Below, one piece after another: positions 60,954 to 64,000 of a DNA stretch of 64,000 nucleotides. Source of the DNA: Rhizodiscina lignyota. Lineage: Eukaryota. The notes below the pieces were generated by a model, which did no database searches, was not told the DNA's origin, and saw only the letters and a program-made list of their open reading frames with translations. The number at the start of each line of letters is the position of its first letter. Within the stretch, counting starts at the first letter, position 1. Location of the stretch: NCBI GenBank assembly GCA_010015805.1, contig ML978123.1, forward strand, positions 434,001-498,000. Reading direction: 5' to 3'. Position numbers and translations under genes: made by a program.

Positions 60954-63900
60954 TTTTAGCGTGGAGGCCGTGCGAACGCTTTTCTGAGCGGAGGTAGTGA
61001 GCGACGACCGTTGAGGCTTCCCCTTTCTCGATACATGTCAGCCGGGAGCAAGATGGCGCATGTGAGCTACGGTTCCCGCGATAGTCGACATGCAGGCGTA
61101 ACGGCAGGATCGCGTGTGGCGTTCGAGAAGCAAGGGATAGCCAAGCATTGAAAAACTTACAGAGCGCACCCAAAGAGAGGAATAGATTAAGAATCGTGCA
61201 GCGCCTGATCAAGGAATGGATCGATATTACTGAGGTGTGCCTTATGCGAGGGCTTTATCCGTGGCGGATCGGATTGGGCAGCGGCGCCGCGGCGGTTCTA
61301 GGTGTGGTAGAGAGGATGTCGAGAGACGAGAAATTACCTTTATGCTGCCAGCGCGGAAAGGAACGACGACTCCGATTGAGGGTGTGTGCAGTAGAGATTA
61401 TCAAATATGGATTAATGAGTGATGGCGCAAAGTTTCGGCCGCAGACAGTATCAGAGTTAAGGGAATGACGAGGCCAAAGGAGAGAAAAGAGGCATGCCTT
61501 TGAGGATCAGAGCCCCTATAAGATATGTATTCAGGGAATTGGTAAGGGAACCTGGGCAGTGCAACTAGGGTCAGGACAGGATCAGGAAAATCCCGAGAAG
61601 CCTCCCGGAAGCTCGAGGCCAGAAAGGACCTGGCGACGATGGATGAGGCAAGAAGCACGGGGACTGCGACGAGTTTGATGTCGGACATTTCCAACATCTG
61701 GAGGCCCTTGGCGACCGCACTCTGGAACGTCGCTCGGCGACAACAGAGACGCACTTGGCTTCGAGGGCCAGATGGAGGTGCTTGCGCTGCAGAGCCATCT
61801 CTGTATGCTCGTGCTATTTCCGGGCGCACCGCGACAGACGAAACTGCACGTCGACTGCTGGAGCGGATGCAGACTCGCTGCTGGCAGCTGCGTGCCTCTG
61901 CGTGCAATAGGGCTCAGCGAGTGCGGTTCCGCCCCTTGCCGCGGCTCTGCTTCGACGTTAGATGGCTTCGATGGAGAGAGCGGGCGAATGGGATGGTGAG
62001 CAGCGACAGATCTCTCGCAACTCAAGTCGCCGCGCGTCCCGATTTGCGTGCAGTTGAAACGTCGAGCAGGGCAGCCTCAGCGCGATGGCGGTGGCTCTGC
62101 TCAGTCCTTTCTTTCCCCATTTCCGCCGTGGATGGGACAGTCGCGTTGGGAGGTGTTGGCAGTGGTTTGAGGTTGGATGGAGCTGCACGGCGCTGCATCA
62201 ACCTGCTACGCACCAGGTTTGAGCCCTGTCGGATTCGAAACCCGCCCGCCCTTGCGCCGGGCCAATCGCGTCAGCCTCACGCCTACTGCCACACTACACC
62301 CTCGTCGTCTTCCTTTAATTCTCCAGCCCTGTCCCCAGAATGCTTCCTCGCTGCGCAGCCCCAGATGACCTGCTGCGCCGTGCGTGTTTGCTGCTCTGCA
62401 AGGACGGAAGCATCTCGAACCTTGGCCAGCTGGACTGGATCCTCCAACGGCGCTTCTGTCGTGGTATATCAAGTCTGCTATACTCCATCGGCGTTTCCTT
62501 TGCGCTTGAGAAATCTCGTTCTTGACATCTCACAGGGCATAAGAGCCGTCAGTTTTTGTCAGCTTACTAGCTAAACTTTTTGCCCAGTCCTGATACACTC
62601 TATCCAGGGCACCGATGTCATGAAGTCGTTTGATACCCCTCTCGAAACCAGGTCCCGCTTCTCTAGCACTGGCAATTTTCTCTCCGTGCGCTCCGCTTGC
62701 CGATTCGCAGGCTGCACTCACGAATCTCGAAATGTAGATGCCATGGCTGTTTATGGCGCCATCACGCCACCACCGAGACCAGAGGAGTAAGCGTGGTCTG
62801 GGTTAAGATGTCAAAGGCAGCGTTCACGATGTTGCTATCCTTGCTTGCGCGAGCCGAAGCGAGAGGATTGGATGCTATGTACCCTCATCTCGACACAGAC
62901 CACCGTGCCAGCCACGGTGGTGAGAAGTGATGTGAGGCGTGACTGCAGAAGCTTAATAACTGTAACTGTGAACTCTCGATACTCTAGTTGATACTCGTCT
63001 GCCGCGCGAAGCGCATGTAACAATTAGGAATTCCAGTGAAGAGTGGGGAGGCTCTTCGAAGTTTCGAACGGTTAACCGACGCTGGCGGCGTGTAACAGAT
63101 GCGATGCATCTGCGTGTGCCAGACGCACGTTCAGTTCTCTGCGAGATGAGTTCTTCTAGAAGGCGAATCAGCCGTCCCATGACTCTGATCCGTGATCTGC
63201 TTCCAGGAAAAAGGTTCGGCTTCTGGAGCCCGACCACTCCGCGTTCGAAGAACTGCTTCTCGTTCCTTGATGTGAAACGCCTTCCCATGTGCTCACCCCA
63301 GGTACCTGTGCAGAGTGTGATCTGTGCAACGTCGCTCATTCGCACCATACCGTGTCAGGGTGATGGTGGGTCGTCTCGGTCAACGCCTTCTACGTTTTCT
63401 GGCCCAAATGTTTACGAGACGTTGAAACATCTGCAGCTCGCTCGGACAGCGGAAGGCTTCAACTGCGGCAGCGGCACCGATCTCCGGCGTTGAGAGCAGT
63501 GGGGGAGGCTGGGCTCAAGGTGTGCATTGATTCATCGGGCATTTTGACCCCTGTGACCTGAAAACGCAAAATACGAGAAAAGAGCGAAGACACGGAGAAG
63601 TTGGAAATGGAATGGGGTGTTGGCAGACGCGTGCGAGTCGCGAAACTTTCGACTATCGATCCCATCAAGGAATTGGTTTCCAATCGCATTCGAGAAGTAA
63701 ATGCAACCACTCTCACTCGACCAATTCAATCGAGGTGCCTGCAAGAAAAAGGGGCATTCCAAGGCAGCAACATTTAGGGTTATCCAGAATGACGACAGAC
63801 GGAGCAAACGAACGGCAGATCTGCCGTCAGGTACCTGTACCATGCCATCGAAAATACCTGCTCTGATCGCTGTCGAAAAAGAAGCCTCCAGACCGAGGCT

Positions 63901-64000
63901 GTGTTTGCCTTGCTCGCCAGTCAGTGAGAGATTTGAAAAGGGGCAGAACGAGGTTGTGTAGATAAAACCAGGATGGCCCACGATGTGTGGTTTAATTGCG

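Noticed and set aside
61639..62574. 311-aa ORF upstream of the Rua1-domain gene
   Set aside because: It is Arg/Ala/Ser-rich with no motifs or coding-like composition, consistent with a chance ORF in GC-rich promoter DNA.
62753..62762. Perfect ATGGCGCCAT Cys-3-type palindrome
   Set aside because: It is a single site 1.8 kb from the nearest modelled start, with no sulfur-related gene beside it in the window.

Overview
Intron-containing genomic DNA from a filamentous ascomycete (Pezizomycotina, possibly a Dothideomycete; inferred from GT-AG introns with CTRAY branch sites and from gene content). I can model about 23 genes or gene remnants and found no rRNA, tRNA, CRISPR array or intact transposon. 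Positions 1-15 kb are an accessory, partly decaying block: a Clr5-domain gene with one in-frame TGA, a Zn2Cys6 transcription factor, an S10 carboxypeptidase, a Baeyer-Villiger monooxygenase remnant, a Zn-dependent dehydrogenase, a Gfo/Idh/MocA oxidoreductase and an aryl-alcohol dehydrogenase with an in-frame TAA. Positions 16-38 kb hold SEC62, RPL12, a TPR/GT41 O-GlcNAc transferase-like gene, a STAND-N-terminal plus ubiquitin-like gene, a spliced peptidase-inhibitor-I78-like fusion not visible in the ORF track, an ABM-barrel protein and an MTC6-like gene. A FlbD-like Myb gene is preceded by about 7.7 kb without a recognisable gene. Positions 47-61 kb hold a MUP1-like permease, a SAM methyltransferase, DUF924, a PAP2 phosphatase (GC-AG intron, His-to-Tyr in motif C2), a large hypothetical protein and a Rua1-domain regulator. 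The most interesting candidates are a splicing-dependent uORF switch in the OGT-like leader, single premature stops in otherwise intact genes, the hidden I78 fusion and a mutated 166-bp tandem duplication. All family assignments are from motif recognition by eye, not database searches.
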